A stretch of DNA of 45,661 nt from Leptospirales bacterium. GTDB taxonomy: Bacteria > Spirochaetota > Leptospiria > Turneriellales > JAOUFE01. Made by a program: the position numbers and the translations under genes. A model generated the notes under the pieces. That model was not told the origin of the DNA and searched no databases. It saw nothing but the letters and a program-made list of their open reading frames with translations. Positions 21,389 through 30,708 of the stretch are shown here, piece after piece (positions within the stretch are counted from its first letter, which is position 1; each line of letters begins with the position of its first letter). The DNA lies in contig JBEQLE010000026.1 in NCBI GenBank assembly GCA_040326155.1, forward strand, positions 1 through 45,661, read 5' to 3'.

Positions 21389-22603
21389 ATGGAAAAACGA
21401 AACAGGCAGGCAAACGATCTTGGTTCTATAATTGAAAACTTTATTATTATAGCCATTGTATTTGTTTTAATCGTCACTCTTCTGGATGAAGTTGCCATAA
21501 TCAATGGTTGGTCCATTCAAAGCAAAAATTACCTGCTAATAGCGGGGTTTGCCTTCGACCTGATTTTCACAATCGAGTTTACAACAAGAATAATTATTAC
21601 TTCCAGAGCTGGAGAGGCCAGGCATTACCTGATACATGAAAGAGGCTGGGTCGACTTTTTTGCTTCGATTCCTCTGCTTCTACTGAATTCGGGCCCTGAA
21701 ATGATATTATACCTGAATCCTGATCTTTTCGAAGGCGGCGGCGGCAGTCTTGCTTTTTTCGGCGCCCTGAAAGTGGTAAAAGCAATTCGAGTTACTCGTA
21801 TTCTACGACTTCTTAGAATGGTAAAAATTCTCGGGAAAATACAAAACACAGAGTCTGCAATGGCTAATCGGCACTTGTCGGTAATTTCAACAACGGTTGT
21901 CATCAGTATTATTACCACATTTGCAATTTCGCTGGCGATGGGGCTGGGCGGACTGGGAAAACTGGAGGAAAAAAGAATCGATTCCTATAAACAACAATTG
22001 CGCTCGATTTTGGTCGATGATACTTTCGGGGAAAAACTGAATGAAATGACAGATGCGGAAGTAAAAGATTTCTTAGGAGCTGTCTTTTTTCAACCTCAAA
22101 CAGAAACTCCGGAGTTAATGCATCTTTACAGGGATGGTAAGTTGATACTCTCTAATTACACAATAGAGGAGCTGCGTGGCCATTACTTTTACTATGAAAA
22201 TAAATCTTCCATTGCGGACAGGTACCAGGACCCCCACCTGCAACATTTTAAAATGGGCAAGTTCAATGTCGTTATTAATCTTGCGTCTATTCATATCGAG
22301 AAGTCGAAAATACAGCTGTTAATTTTCTTAATTATTATAGCAGTTATTCTAACTCTGCTATTTGTATACTCCAGACATTTTGTGCAAAATGTTACGGACG
22401 TTATCCACGTTATGAAACTCGGCTTTCAGGACGATAAATATTTACTTGAAGTGAAGGTAAAAGAAGAATTCGACGATGATGAAATTTTTATACTCGCAGA
22501 TGAATACAACCAAAAGTTTTTACCGGAGAAGGCACGAAAAACACATGAAACAAAGGAAGAAGGTACAGGCGGTCTAACTATGGACGATTTTTTAAACCAT
22601 TGA
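21389..22603 (+). CDS. Ion_trans (voltage-sensor-like S1-S4) membrane protein with extracytoplasmic domain and HAMP-like tail
   Basis: FD.IFT.EF..R, GWVD..ASIP, S4-like KVVKAIRVTRILRLLRMVK; no GYGD pore signature. Confidence 0.75.
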   Translation: MEKRNRQANDLGSIIENFIIIAIVFVLIVTLLDEVAIINGWSIQSKNYLLIAGFAFDLIFTIEFTTRIIITSRAGEARHYLIHERGWVDFFASIPLLLLNSGPEMILYLNPDLFEGGGGSLAFFGALKVVKAIRVTRILRLLRMVKILGKIQNTESAMANRHLSVISTTVVISIITTFAISLAMGLGGLGKLEEKRIDSYKQQLRSILVDDTFGEKLNEMTDAEVKDFLGAVFFQPQTETPELMHLYRDGKLILSNYTIEELRGHYFYYENKSSIADRYQDPHLQHFKMGKFNVVINLASIHIEKSKIQLLIFLIIIAVILTLLFVYSRHFVQNVTDVIHVMKLGFQDDKYLLEVKVKEEFDDDEIFILADEYNQKFLPEKARKTHETKEEGTGGLTMDDFLNH

Positions 22604-22640
22604 TTTTCTTCATCGTCTATATATAAACAAAGTTGATATT

Positions 22641-23201
22641 ATGGATTTTCTCGACAGCATTCGAATTTTTGACGAAAGGCTTTTTGAATGGATGTTTGTC
22701 TATTTAAGCGCCGACTGGCTGGCAAATATTTGCAACTTTTTAGTTCGCGATCATAACCTTTTTCCTGTTTTGCTTGTTTTTTTCGTTTTCTACACAAAGA
22801 AAGACCGAAAAAAAGCGCTTCTCTTCTTTATTATGGTTATTGTTACGCTTGCTGTATCTGAGCTGGCGGTCTCGGGTCTTAAAGAACTCTTTGAACGACC
22901 TCGTCCTGCGGCATATTTTGGCATCCAGTTGAATACGACGAGCCTCTCTTTTCCTTCGGCGCATGCATTTAATACTATGGTACAGGCAGTGTTATGGAGT
23001 TACTGGCTGGGTTCGAAACGAGGACTATTTTTTTCAATGTCATTCAGTATCGGCGTCGCGAGAATGATTGCACGGTACCATTTTCCTGGTGATATATTCG
23101 GGGGGTGGGTTCTGGGTCTCTTATTCGGCCTGCTTGTTGTCGCGCTGATAAAAATCGTTGTTCGGAAATTCGATACACAAGGTCAATTTTCGCCCGGTTA
23201 G
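22641..23201 (+). CDS. PAP2 family phosphatase
   Basis: K..F.RPRP, SFPSAH, R.....H.P.D...G motifs. Confidence 0.92.
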   Translation: MDFLDSIRIFDERLFEWMFVYLSADWLANICNFLVRDHNLFPVLLVFFVFYTKKDRKKALLFFIMVIVTLAVSELAVSGLKELFERPRPAAYFGIQLNTTSLSFPSAHAFNTMVQAVLWSYWLGSKRGLFFSMSFSIGVARMIARYHFPGDIFGGWVLGLLFGLLVVALIKIVVRKFDTQGQFSPG

Positions 23202-23459
23202 TTTAAACGAAGCTTTTATCTGCGAGATAATGTCCTTACAATCCGACATATCATTTATACAAAAAATAGCTGTAAACACATATGATGCGCATCTAAACAT
23301 TATGTATTATACATATCAAGAGTTTTTCCATCTTCCGCTTGTTTTAAAATGACGCAGCTGGTAAATTACGTCAAACCGAGACGCCGTGAATTAATGTTCT
23401 TTACATTCGTGTGTCCGGGCTATGTATGGGAGTAGAAATATATTTGAGACGGGGAAAAA

Positions 23460-23861
23460 ATGAGTACATTAATAAACGAATTAAAAAAAGATCACGAAAG
23501 AATTTATACCGAGATAAGCGATGCCAAAAAACTTGGAATCAGTACCGAGGCTGGCAAGAAACTGTTATTATCGATTAAGACCGATCTAATAAATCACCTG
23601 AAAAAAGAGGACGAATTATTATATCCAAAACTAAAAGAACTGGCGCAATCAGATGAGGGTATAAAAAAAACTCTGGATACCTTTGCAAAAGACATGGAAG
23701 GAATTACAACAAGCGCAATGGAGTTTTTTGATAAATACACGCATCAAAGTTCTGACATAGAATTCTTTAAAGACATCGGTCGATTTCTTGCGGCATTGAC
23801 AGACCGAATTAGAAAAGAAGAGAATACATTGTATCGTATATACGATGAGGCTACCGTGTAA
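23460..23861 (+). CDS. Hemerythrin-like (HHE) domain protein
   Basis: L..DH..I, HL..EDE.LYP, RI..EE..LY. Confidence 0.82.
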   Translation: MSTLINELKKDHERIYTEISDAKKLGISTEAGKKLLLSIKTDLINHLKKEDELLYPKLKELAQSDEGIKKTLDTFAKDMEGITTSAMEFFDKYTHQSSDIEFFKDIGRFLAALTDRIRKEENTLYRIYDEATV

Positions 23862-23867
23862 CGCGCC

Positions 23868-24428
23868 TTAGTTCATTTTTACAGAATATATCTCTTTGTA
23901 TTGCCGGTCTTGACAAAAAGATCGGTTTTCCGACCAGGTGTACAACGACAGAGTGTTGATTAAAATTTTATTCCGGGGAGTCGATAGTTTTTGAATACTT
24001 TTTGAAAACTTCCTATTCTCACCTACAGTTGTTTTCTTTGGAGGCCGAACAATGGTAACATGAGGAAGCGGAGGCCTGCTATCAACATCTTGCTTAGCTG
24101 CAATAAAAAACTGGTCACGATATTTTTGTATATAGTTTTGTAAAACCGCATTCCCCTCGTCGACACTATAAGATACTGCGGAATATTTTTGCAACGTCGG
24201 CAGAAACAAAAGTTTTCCAAGAGTTACGAGAAGAGATTTCTCGTCAAAAGTATCCATCACACGTTTTACCCTTTCGACGCCCTCTTCATCCAGAGAACCA
24301 AAAAAAGCCACCGTCGAATGAAGATCTTCGGGGTGGTATTTATACATCGGTTCTTCCACCGTCTTGTAAACTTCTTCATACCATGAGTCAGGAGAAACTG
24401 AAAACGCGACAAACCAGTTTGGCTTCAT
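23868..24428 (-). CDS. thpR: 2H phosphoesterase (RNA 2',3'-cyclic phosphodiesterase / 2'-5' RNA ligase family)
   Basis: Two HxT motifs: DLHSTVAFFG and PHVTIVR. Confidence 0.85.
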   Translation of the reverse strand: MKPNWFVAFSVSPDSWYEEVYKTVEEPMYKYHPEDLHSTVAFFGSLDEEGVERVKRVMDTFDEKSLLVTLGKLLFLPTLQKYSAVSYSVDEGNAVLQNYIQKYRDQFFIAAKQDVDSRPPLPHVTIVRPPKKTTVGENRKFSKSIQKLSTPRNKILINTLSLYTWSENRSFCQDRQYKEIYSVKMN

Positions 24429-24596
24429 AACACAATATCTTCGACTATATACAAACTGACGAGCAAAAAATGTATTTAGCTTGTCCTTTAAATAAATTTC
24501 AGATGAAACTGACTGGAATTTGGTAAGATTTTTAGAGCTGCTTCGTGAAAGTCTATTAAATTCTTTTTAAACTGAATGAAAAATAAAGAGTGAACC

Positions 24597-25109
24597 ATGG
24601 TTCAAAAGAAGGAACAGAAAAAAAAATATCTGCCGGTGATGCTCGATATAACCGAGAAAAGAATCCTGATTATTGGCGGCGGTCGGGCCTGCCTCGAAAA
24701 GCTTCGGTCGCTCTCTCAGACAGGAGTTACAGTCGATGTAATTTCTCCTGAGTTTGAACCAGGGTTTTCTGGAAAAGATTGGCTCAATCTGATTCAAAAA
24801 GAGTACACTCCTGGTGATCTTAAAGGGTACGACCTTGTTTATTCTGGAGTGAACAGCCCGATCGTAGAGCGCCAAATACGAGAAGAAGCGAAAATGGAAA
24901 ATATTCTCATAAACTTTGTGGATAATGTAGAGTTTTCAGATTTTATATCACCGTCTCTCATTCAAAAGAAATTCTTTTCTATTTTCATTTCTACCTTTGG
25001 AAAAGGGCCCGGCATGACAAAAAAAATTCGAAAAACAATAGAAGCAACCATCGACCTCGATGGTTTAGACCAGGAAGCGGAAGAGTACATTCGCAACAGG
25101 AATAAATAA
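24597..25109 (+). CDS. sirC: Precorrin-2 dehydrogenase / sirohydrochlorin ferrochelatase (CysG N-terminal-like)
   Basis: YLPV.L....K.ILIIGGG...EK, N.VD.....DFI.PS, IST.GK.P. Confidence 0.85.
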   Translation: MVQKKEQKKKYLPVMLDITEKRILIIGGGRACLEKLRSLSQTGVTVDVISPEFEPGFSGKDWLNLIQKEYTPGDLKGYDLVYSGVNSPIVERQIREEAKMENILINFVDNVEFSDFISPSLIQKKFFSIFISTFGKGPGMTKKIRKTIEATIDLDGLDQEAEEYIRNRNK

Positions 25110-25110
25110 T

Positions 25111-25908
25111 ATGAAAAAAGGAATATTCAAAAAAATTACCTGGGCCGGAATTATATTTTCAGGGTGGGTTCTTACCATACATCAGATTTTCCCCAATGAT
25201 GTAGCATCAAATTCTGGAACACAGGAATTTATACAAAACACACAATTTACCTCATTTTCAGCGGCAAAAAGAGCCCTGTATAAACTAGAACTACCCAGGT
25301 TTACTTTTTATTGCGAATGCCCTTATAGTGAAAAGCGAGAGGTCGACCAACTTAGCTGCGGATTTACAACCACCCGATATCTCAATAGAGCGAGCGTAGT
25401 TGAGGCGGAACATGTTGTTCCTGCAAGCAAACTATGCGGAAAAACAAGGCAATGGCTGGAAGGCAGTCCGGAATGTATTTCAAAAAATAAACCTTACAAA
25501 GGAAGGAAGTGCGCAGAAAAACACAATATAATCTGCAAACGGGCTCATAACGATCTTCATAACCTGCGTCCTGCGGTGGGGGCGATTAACGCAGTGCGCA
25601 GCAACCACGAATTCGGAACAGGTTTAGCCCCCAAAAACCAGTTTGGGACCTGTGAATTTAGCGATGAAAATAAAATATCCAATCCGGCGGATAATCTGCT
25701 TGGCAATATTGCCAGAGTTTACCTGTTTATGCATTACACTTACACGGAACTTGATATTCTAACAGGGGAAGAAATTAAACGCTATGAGAAATGGAGCAGG
25801 CAGGACGTGGTTTCGGAACAAGAGTGTAAACGAAACGATTTAATCTTTGAGGTGCAACACACTTATAATGAAATTACCAGGCAAGAGTGTAACAAAGCGG
25901 GGCTTTAA
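25111..25908 (+). CDS. endA: Endonuclease I (EndA/Dns/Vvn family), secreted
   Basis: TFYC.C, E.EHVVPAS, GRKCA, DLHNL.PAVG..N..RSN, G.IAR.Y.FM...Y. Confidence 0.9.
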   Translation: MKKGIFKKITWAGIIFSGWVLTIHQIFPNDVASNSGTQEFIQNTQFTSFSAAKRALYKLELPRFTFYCECPYSEKREVDQLSCGFTTTRYLNRASVVEAEHVVPASKLCGKTRQWLEGSPECISKNKPYKGRKCAEKHNIICKRAHNDLHNLRPAVGAINAVRSNHEFGTGLAPKNQFGTCEFSDENKISNPADNLLGNIARVYLFMHYTYTELDILTGEEIKRYEKWSRQDVVSEQECKRNDLIFEVQHTYNEITRQECNKAGL

Positions 25909-26240
25909 ACACAACCGGTAGGTTTAGGCAGACCTGAATACTTTGCCGCTTGTCTTGCAGGTGAATCGGGAAACAATGACTTTAAATACTTCATATCAGA
26001 TTTATCTTCACTCAGTCTTTTAGCGACGACTTTGCTTAAACCACGTATATTTGGAATAAACTCATACTCTTCGTAATAGTCTTGCAGCATATGAATAAGC
26101 TCCCAGTGACCGGAGTTTAGCTCAATACCCTCCAGCGAAGCGCAATATCGGGCAAAATCTTCTGTCCATTGCTCTCTATTTTCCAAGAACCCTTCGGTAT
26201 CTACCTCATATTCAGTATCTGTAATTTGAAGAACTGCCAT
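25905..26240 (-). CDS. tusE: TusE/DsrC family sulfur relay protein (penultimate Cys only in the C-terminal arm)
   Basis: D.EGFL.....W, HW, YY.EY, LFP..PA.QA.K..GLPKPTGCV. Confidence 0.88.
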   Translation of the reverse strand: MAVLQITDTEYEVDTEGFLENREQWTEDFARYCASLEGIELNSGHWELIHMLQDYYEEYEFIPNIRGLSKVVAKRLSEDKSDMKYLKSLFPDSPARQAAKYSGLPKPTGCV

Positions 26241-26286
26241 GGCCTACAATCATCATCATGCAATAAAATGTAAAGAAATTAACTGT

Positions 26287-27684
26287 CTATTTAACGTTAT
26301 TTTGATATTCGAGAGCGACGCGAGCAAGAGCCCCGGCCCACCAGGAAGCGGAAAGCGTATGCAAATGAACATACCCGGCAAGTACGTTTTTGTACAAAAG
26401 ACCATCGAAATTACCGTTCAGCCCAAACCCACGTTCTATGGAGTATGCAAAAGAAATATCTTTCGAAAGAGGAAGCGCTTTGGTGTAGTGAAATTCGTGA
26501 CCGCGAAATAGAGCGCCGGGCGGCAAGCGCCAGAGTGTTTCTTTATTGTTATATTCCAAAACACGAAGATGAACATACCCTCTAGCCTGAGATTTTGCTG
26601 TCATGGTAAACTCAAGGGGTAAAGCTGCGACGAGTTCATGCCGAGTGTCCTCATGAGTGATGGCGTTGGAAAGGTAAATTAACCCCCCACATTCGGCGTA
26701 TACAGGCAAATTTGTTTCGATCGCTTGTTTCATGGATTGCAACATTGGTTTATTCAAAGAGAGCTGTTCAGCGAAAACTTCGGGAAAACCCCCGCCAAGA
26801 TAAAGGGCCGACACGGCAGGAATTTTGTCATCTTTTAAAGGAGAGAAGAAAACAAGCTCTGCGCCGAGATTTTCCAGAGCTTCGAAATTGTCTGGATAGT
26901 AAAAATTAAATGCCTCGTCTTTAGCAATACCAATTTTAAACTTTTTAGCAACCGGAACTTTCGAAACGGTAGACAATTCTGGGGAAATATCTAAAGTGGG
27001 AGCTTTTCGAGCAATTTCAACCAGCTTATCAATATCAACGGAAGACTCCAGAAGTTTGGCCAGAGAACTCACGAGTTGTTCTGCCTGACCCGATTCAGTT
27101 GCAGGAATAAGACCAAGGTGACGCATTTCGAGGGTCGTTTCCTCCGTTTTTGGAAGGGAACCTAAAACCGGAACTCCTACATAGATATCTATTGCTGTAA
27201 TAATTTTTTCAGTGTGCCGCGAACCACGAACATTGTTTAAAATAATTCCACTTATATTTACTTCGGGGTCGAATTCGATTAACCCTTTGACAATAGCTGC
27301 AACCGTTCGGTTTGACCCGGCCGTATCCATTACGAGTATAACCGGAGCGCGCAAGCGACGAGCAAGGTCGGCGGTGGAACCGTCGCCATCTGGAGAAGGC
27401 GAATCGTGCAGTCCCTGGTTTCCTTCAATAATCGAAATAGAAGCATTGCGAGAGTGTTGTGCAAGATATGCCGATACATCCGTTTCAAAAATTGTGGTGT
27501 CTACATTATAACAAGGGGTGCGAGAAGCCAGGGATAACCACATGGGGTCCAGATAGTCAGGACCTTTTTTATAAGGTTGAACTGATAGCCCCCGGTTTGT
27601 CAGGGCTCGAATTAGTCCCGTTGCAACGGTACTTTTACCGGTTCCTCTTTGCGCAGCTGCAATTACTAATCTAGGTATTTCCAC
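26287..27684 (-). CDS. dsrN: Cobyrinate a,c-diamide synthase family, DsrN-like (siroheme amidase)
   Basis: GK(S/T)T, KKGPDY.DP.WL, EGN.GL.D, RHLGL, AF.FYY..N, GGGFPE, AECGG, GHEFHY; next to a dsrC/tusE homolog. Confidence 0.72.
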   Translation of the reverse strand: MEIPRLVIAAAQRGTGKSTVATGLIRALTNRGLSVQPYKKGPDYLDPMWLSLASRTPCYNVDTTIFETDVSAYLAQHSRNASISIIEGNQGLHDSPSPDGDGSTADLARRLRAPVILVMDTAGSNRTVAAIVKGLIEFDPEVNISGIILNNVRGSRHTEKIITAIDIYVGVPVLGSLPKTEETTLEMRHLGLIPATESGQAEQLVSSLAKLLESSVDIDKLVEIARKAPTLDISPELSTVSKVPVAKKFKIGIAKDEAFNFYYPDNFEALENLGAELVFFSPLKDDKIPAVSALYLGGGFPEVFAEQLSLNKPMLQSMKQAIETNLPVYAECGGLIYLSNAITHEDTRHELVAALPLEFTMTAKSQARGYVHLRVLEYNNKETLWRLPPGALFRGHEFHYTKALPLSKDISFAYSIERGFGLNGNFDGLLYKNVLAGYVHLHTLSASWWAGALARVALEYQNNVK

Positions 27685-27697
27685 TATAATGGACTAT

Positions 27698-28408
27698 CTA
27701 AAGATCATCTTCGTCGTCAGGTAAATCCAGAAGGGGGTCGTTCTTAATTATTGTGTCAGAATGGCCGGCTGAACTGCCTTTTGTGTCGGCTGTTCCTCCG
27801 TCTACTGTACGACATCCAATTTTAAGAACTTCTTCTATAGTTATATGAGAATCGAGAGGTGGAAGTACACATTTTTCATCCCTCAGGTATTTCAAAGCTT
27901 CTTCAACCTTATCATATTGGGGGTCATTTGGTGCTTCTTCCAGAAATTGAGTCCAATATTTAATAGTTCCTTGTTTATTGCGCATCATCACCAGGTAAAC
28001 ATACCCGATCTGGTAAAGTGTGGGCTTTAGGGATGGGTTTGTGGTATAAGCCCGTTGAAAATTATCGAGCGCCAGATTTCCTTTACCAAGTTTTATATAA
28101 ACCTGACCAAGGCGGTAATATTCAAGAGCAGGGGTCGGGGAAACTTCAACGGCAGTTTTATAGTAATTAATAGCAACTTCGTATTTTCCATTTGCAAGCG
28201 CAATGTCACCCAGATAAGAATAAGCTTTCGGGTGTGCAGGCTCTGCTTTGATCACTTCAAGCAATAAATTTTTTGCTACTGTTATCTTCTTCTGAAAATA
28301 AAACTTTTCAGCTTTCTCGAAAGTACTCTCTTCTACTCCAAAAGGAGCTTCGAAAGGCGAAAGTACCAGGATGGCAAAAATTAATGATAAAATCTGTAAT
28401 CTACCCAT
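27698..28408 (-). CDS. Secreted tetratricopeptide repeat protein
   Basis: Signal peptide; A...LG.I.......A...Y..A.E..P TPR repeats. Confidence 0.85.
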   Translation of the reverse strand: MGRLQILSLIFAILVLSPFEAPFGVEESTFEKAEKFYFQKKITVAKNLLLEVIKAEPAHPKAYSYLGDIALANGKYEVAINYYKTAVEVSPTPALEYYRLGQVYIKLGKGNLALDNFQRAYTTNPSLKPTLYQIGYVYLVMMRNKQGTIKYWTQFLEEAPNDPQYDKVEEALKYLRDEKCVLPPLDSHITIEEVLKIGCRTVDGGTADTKGSSAGHSDTIIKNDPLLDLPDDEDDL

Positions 28409-28535
28409 AATCCTATTATCGACCTATTGAACGAAACCTTTATCCATTTATATATTACATTATTTTCTAAAGATGGGCAATAGCCGTGGGGAAAAAAATT
28501 TGACATCTCGTTATGCTTTTGAATTCAATGAAATT

Positions 28536-29258
28536 ATGAAGCTCCATATCGTTTTCTTTGCCCTGTTTGTAATTCTTGGTTGCCAGCCTGACGTAAACAG
28601 TGCTGATAACCCCTGCTCTGAATCTAAAGAGGCAAAAACCAAGGCTAAGAAATTGCACCCGAGCTTACAAAAAGTATACGATAATCCCGATTTTGTGGAT
28701 GTGTCTAACTACCCTCACGTTAAAGTAGAACTTCGCTACGCTACTGAAAACAATTTTATGAAAACCAACGTATATGGTGAGTTTACTGTCTGTTTTTTAC
28801 ATAAAGAAGCTGCTACAAAGTTAAAAAAAGCCACACAAAACCTGCAAGAAGTTAAACCGGGCTGGAAACTGCTTCTTTTAGACTGCCTTCGCCCCAGATC
28901 TGTACAGCGCAAACTGTACGAGTACGTTTTTGGGACCGACCAGCAAAAATATGTAGCAAATCCGGACAGAGGAAGCATTCACAACTATGGTTTTGCCGTT
29001 GACCTTACCCTGGTCGATGAAAACGAAATAGAAGTCGACATGGGAACTGAATTTGACTCTTTTACAAAACTAGCCCAACCCCGCCTCGAAAAACAGATGC
29101 TCACAGAAAACCAACTGACGCAAGCTCAGCACGCAAACCGCCTGATTTTACGAAATTCAATGGTAGACGCTGGTTTTCGACAACTTTCTTTTGAATGGTG
29201 GCACTACGACGCCGCAAATGCCTCTACGGTTCGCAAGAATTACCAAATTCTAGAATAA
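28536..29258 (+). CDS. ddpX: D-Ala-D-Ala dipeptidase (M15D, VanX/DdpX), lipoprotein; probable ATG at 28536
   Basis: LRYAT.NNF, D..RP..VQ, S.HN.G.AVDLT, DMGT.FD, EWWHY; lipobox ILGC. Confidence 0.9.
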   Translation: MKLHIVFFALFVILGCQPDVNSADNPCSESKEAKTKAKKLHPSLQKVYDNPDFVDVSNYPHVKVELRYATENNFMKTNVYGEFTVCFLHKEAATKLKKATQNLQEVKPGWKLLLLDCLRPRSVQRKLYEYVFGTDQQKYVANPDRGSIHNYGFAVDLTLVDENEIEVDMGTEFDSFTKLAQPRLEKQMLTENQLTQAQHANRLILRNSMVDAGFRQLSFEWWHYDAANASTVRKNYQILE

Positions 29259-29355
29259 ATTTTAGTATAAAAAAACATTTTTTTGCATAATCTAATGATT
29301 TTACAATCTTTAGAAATGTTCTTTACAAAATGTATTTTCTTTAGTAACTTCAACT

Positions 29356-30705
29356 ATGTCTAAGAAAAGAATATTATTGTTAAGCCCGAGCAACCCGGTT
29401 GGTGAAAGAAACGTTCTTCCACCACTTGGTCTTTGCACAGTAGCCGCATACATACCAGAAGGATACGAACTCACCCTCATCGATGAATCTTTTAATGCTA
29501 TTAATTACGATACAGACCTTGCAATGATCAGTTCTAACTCAATAACCATTCGACGAGCCTACGAACTTTGCGCTGAATTTAAAAAGCGGGGAATACCCAC
29601 TATACTTGGAGGAATTCACGCCTCTCTTATGACCGAAGAAGCCATGAAACACGCTGACTCCGTTGTTGTTGGAAACGGAGAAGAGATTATACCTGAAATA
29701 ATAAAAGACTTTGAAAACAATTCGTTAAAACCCAGCTATCACCCACCCGTTTTTGATATTGCTAAAAGCAAAGTACCGCGGCGCGATATATTGAGTCCCC
29801 AATACAAGTACGACCTTATTGAAACAGCGCGAGGTTGTCCATTTGACTGCGAATTTTGTTCCGTCACCTTGATGAACGGTAAAAAATACCGATATAAACC
29901 AATAGATGTTGTTCGCAAAGACCTGCAATCGATAACTCGAAAAAAAATCGTTTTGGCAGACGACAACTTTTTTGGGTACGGTTCCAAAGCCGAGCCAAGA
30001 GCCACCCAACTAATGGAGCTACTGAAAGAGTTTGATTTTACATGGTTTGGCCAAACTTCAATGAATATAGCCGAATATCCCAATATATTACGACTTGCCA
30101 GAGAATCAGGAGCCGACGCTTTTTACATCGGGTTTGAGTCCATTAATGAAGATTTTTTAAAGTCGGTTGGCAAATCGATCAACCTGAAAAAGGGTATTGG
30201 GTACTATAAAGAAGCTGTACGTAAAATTCACGACCAGGGAATAACGATCATGGGTTCTTTCATGATCGGCAGCGATTACGACACTGCTGAAAGCCTGGAA
30301 AAACTTAAAGAATTTATTGTAGAAACACAAATCGATACTGCTATGGTAAAACCCATTAGTCCGCTTCCTGGCACAAAATTTTACCAGAAGATGAAGGACG
30401 ACAAGCGTTTTTTCAACGAACAATTCTGGCTGGAAGACCCCTACCCGCTTTTCACCTTTCAACCGAAAAAGATTTCTATGGAAGACCTGTTTACCGCATC
30501 GTATAATTTTCTGAAAATTCGTAAACCCATACGAAATGTCGGGTCGTTTTTACGATCTTACAAAAACACGGGAAACCTGAGCGGGTCGGCTTTAAACCTG
30601 ATTACCAATACCGGCGATTATATAAGCCATACAAAATACATGCGTAAATGTATCGAAGAGCACCACCGAAAATATTCCAGCCCTCCGGCGGTTATTTCAA
30701 AGTAA
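29356..30705 (+). CDS. B12-binding domain radical SAM protein
   Basis: PPLGL..VAA, GGIHAS, RGCPFDCEFC (CxxxCxxC), DDNF, IGFES, PLPGT. Confidence 0.92.
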   Translation: MSKKRILLLSPSNPVGERNVLPPLGLCTVAAYIPEGYELTLIDESFNAINYDTDLAMISSNSITIRRAYELCAEFKKRGIPTILGGIHASLMTEEAMKHADSVVVGNGEEIIPEIIKDFENNSLKPSYHPPVFDIAKSKVPRRDILSPQYKYDLIETARGCPFDCEFCSVTLMNGKKYRYKPIDVVRKDLQSITRKKIVLADDNFFGYGSKAEPRATQLMELLKEFDFTWFGQTSMNIAEYPNILRLARESGADAFYIGFESINEDFLKSVGKSINLKKGIGYYKEAVRKIHDQGITIMGSFMIGSDYDTAESLEKLKEFIVETQIDTAMVKPISPLPGTKFYQKMKDDKRFFNEQFWLEDPYPLFTFQPKKISMEDLFTASYNFLKIRKPIRNVGSFLRSYKNTGNLSGSALNLITNTGDYISHTKYMRKCIEEHHRKYSSPPAVISK

Positions 30706-30708
30706 TAA

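Noticed and set aside
29356..30705. B12 radical SAM gene as part of a RiPP or natural-product cluster
   Set aside because: It stands alone, with no adjacent precursor peptide, transporter or tailoring genes.
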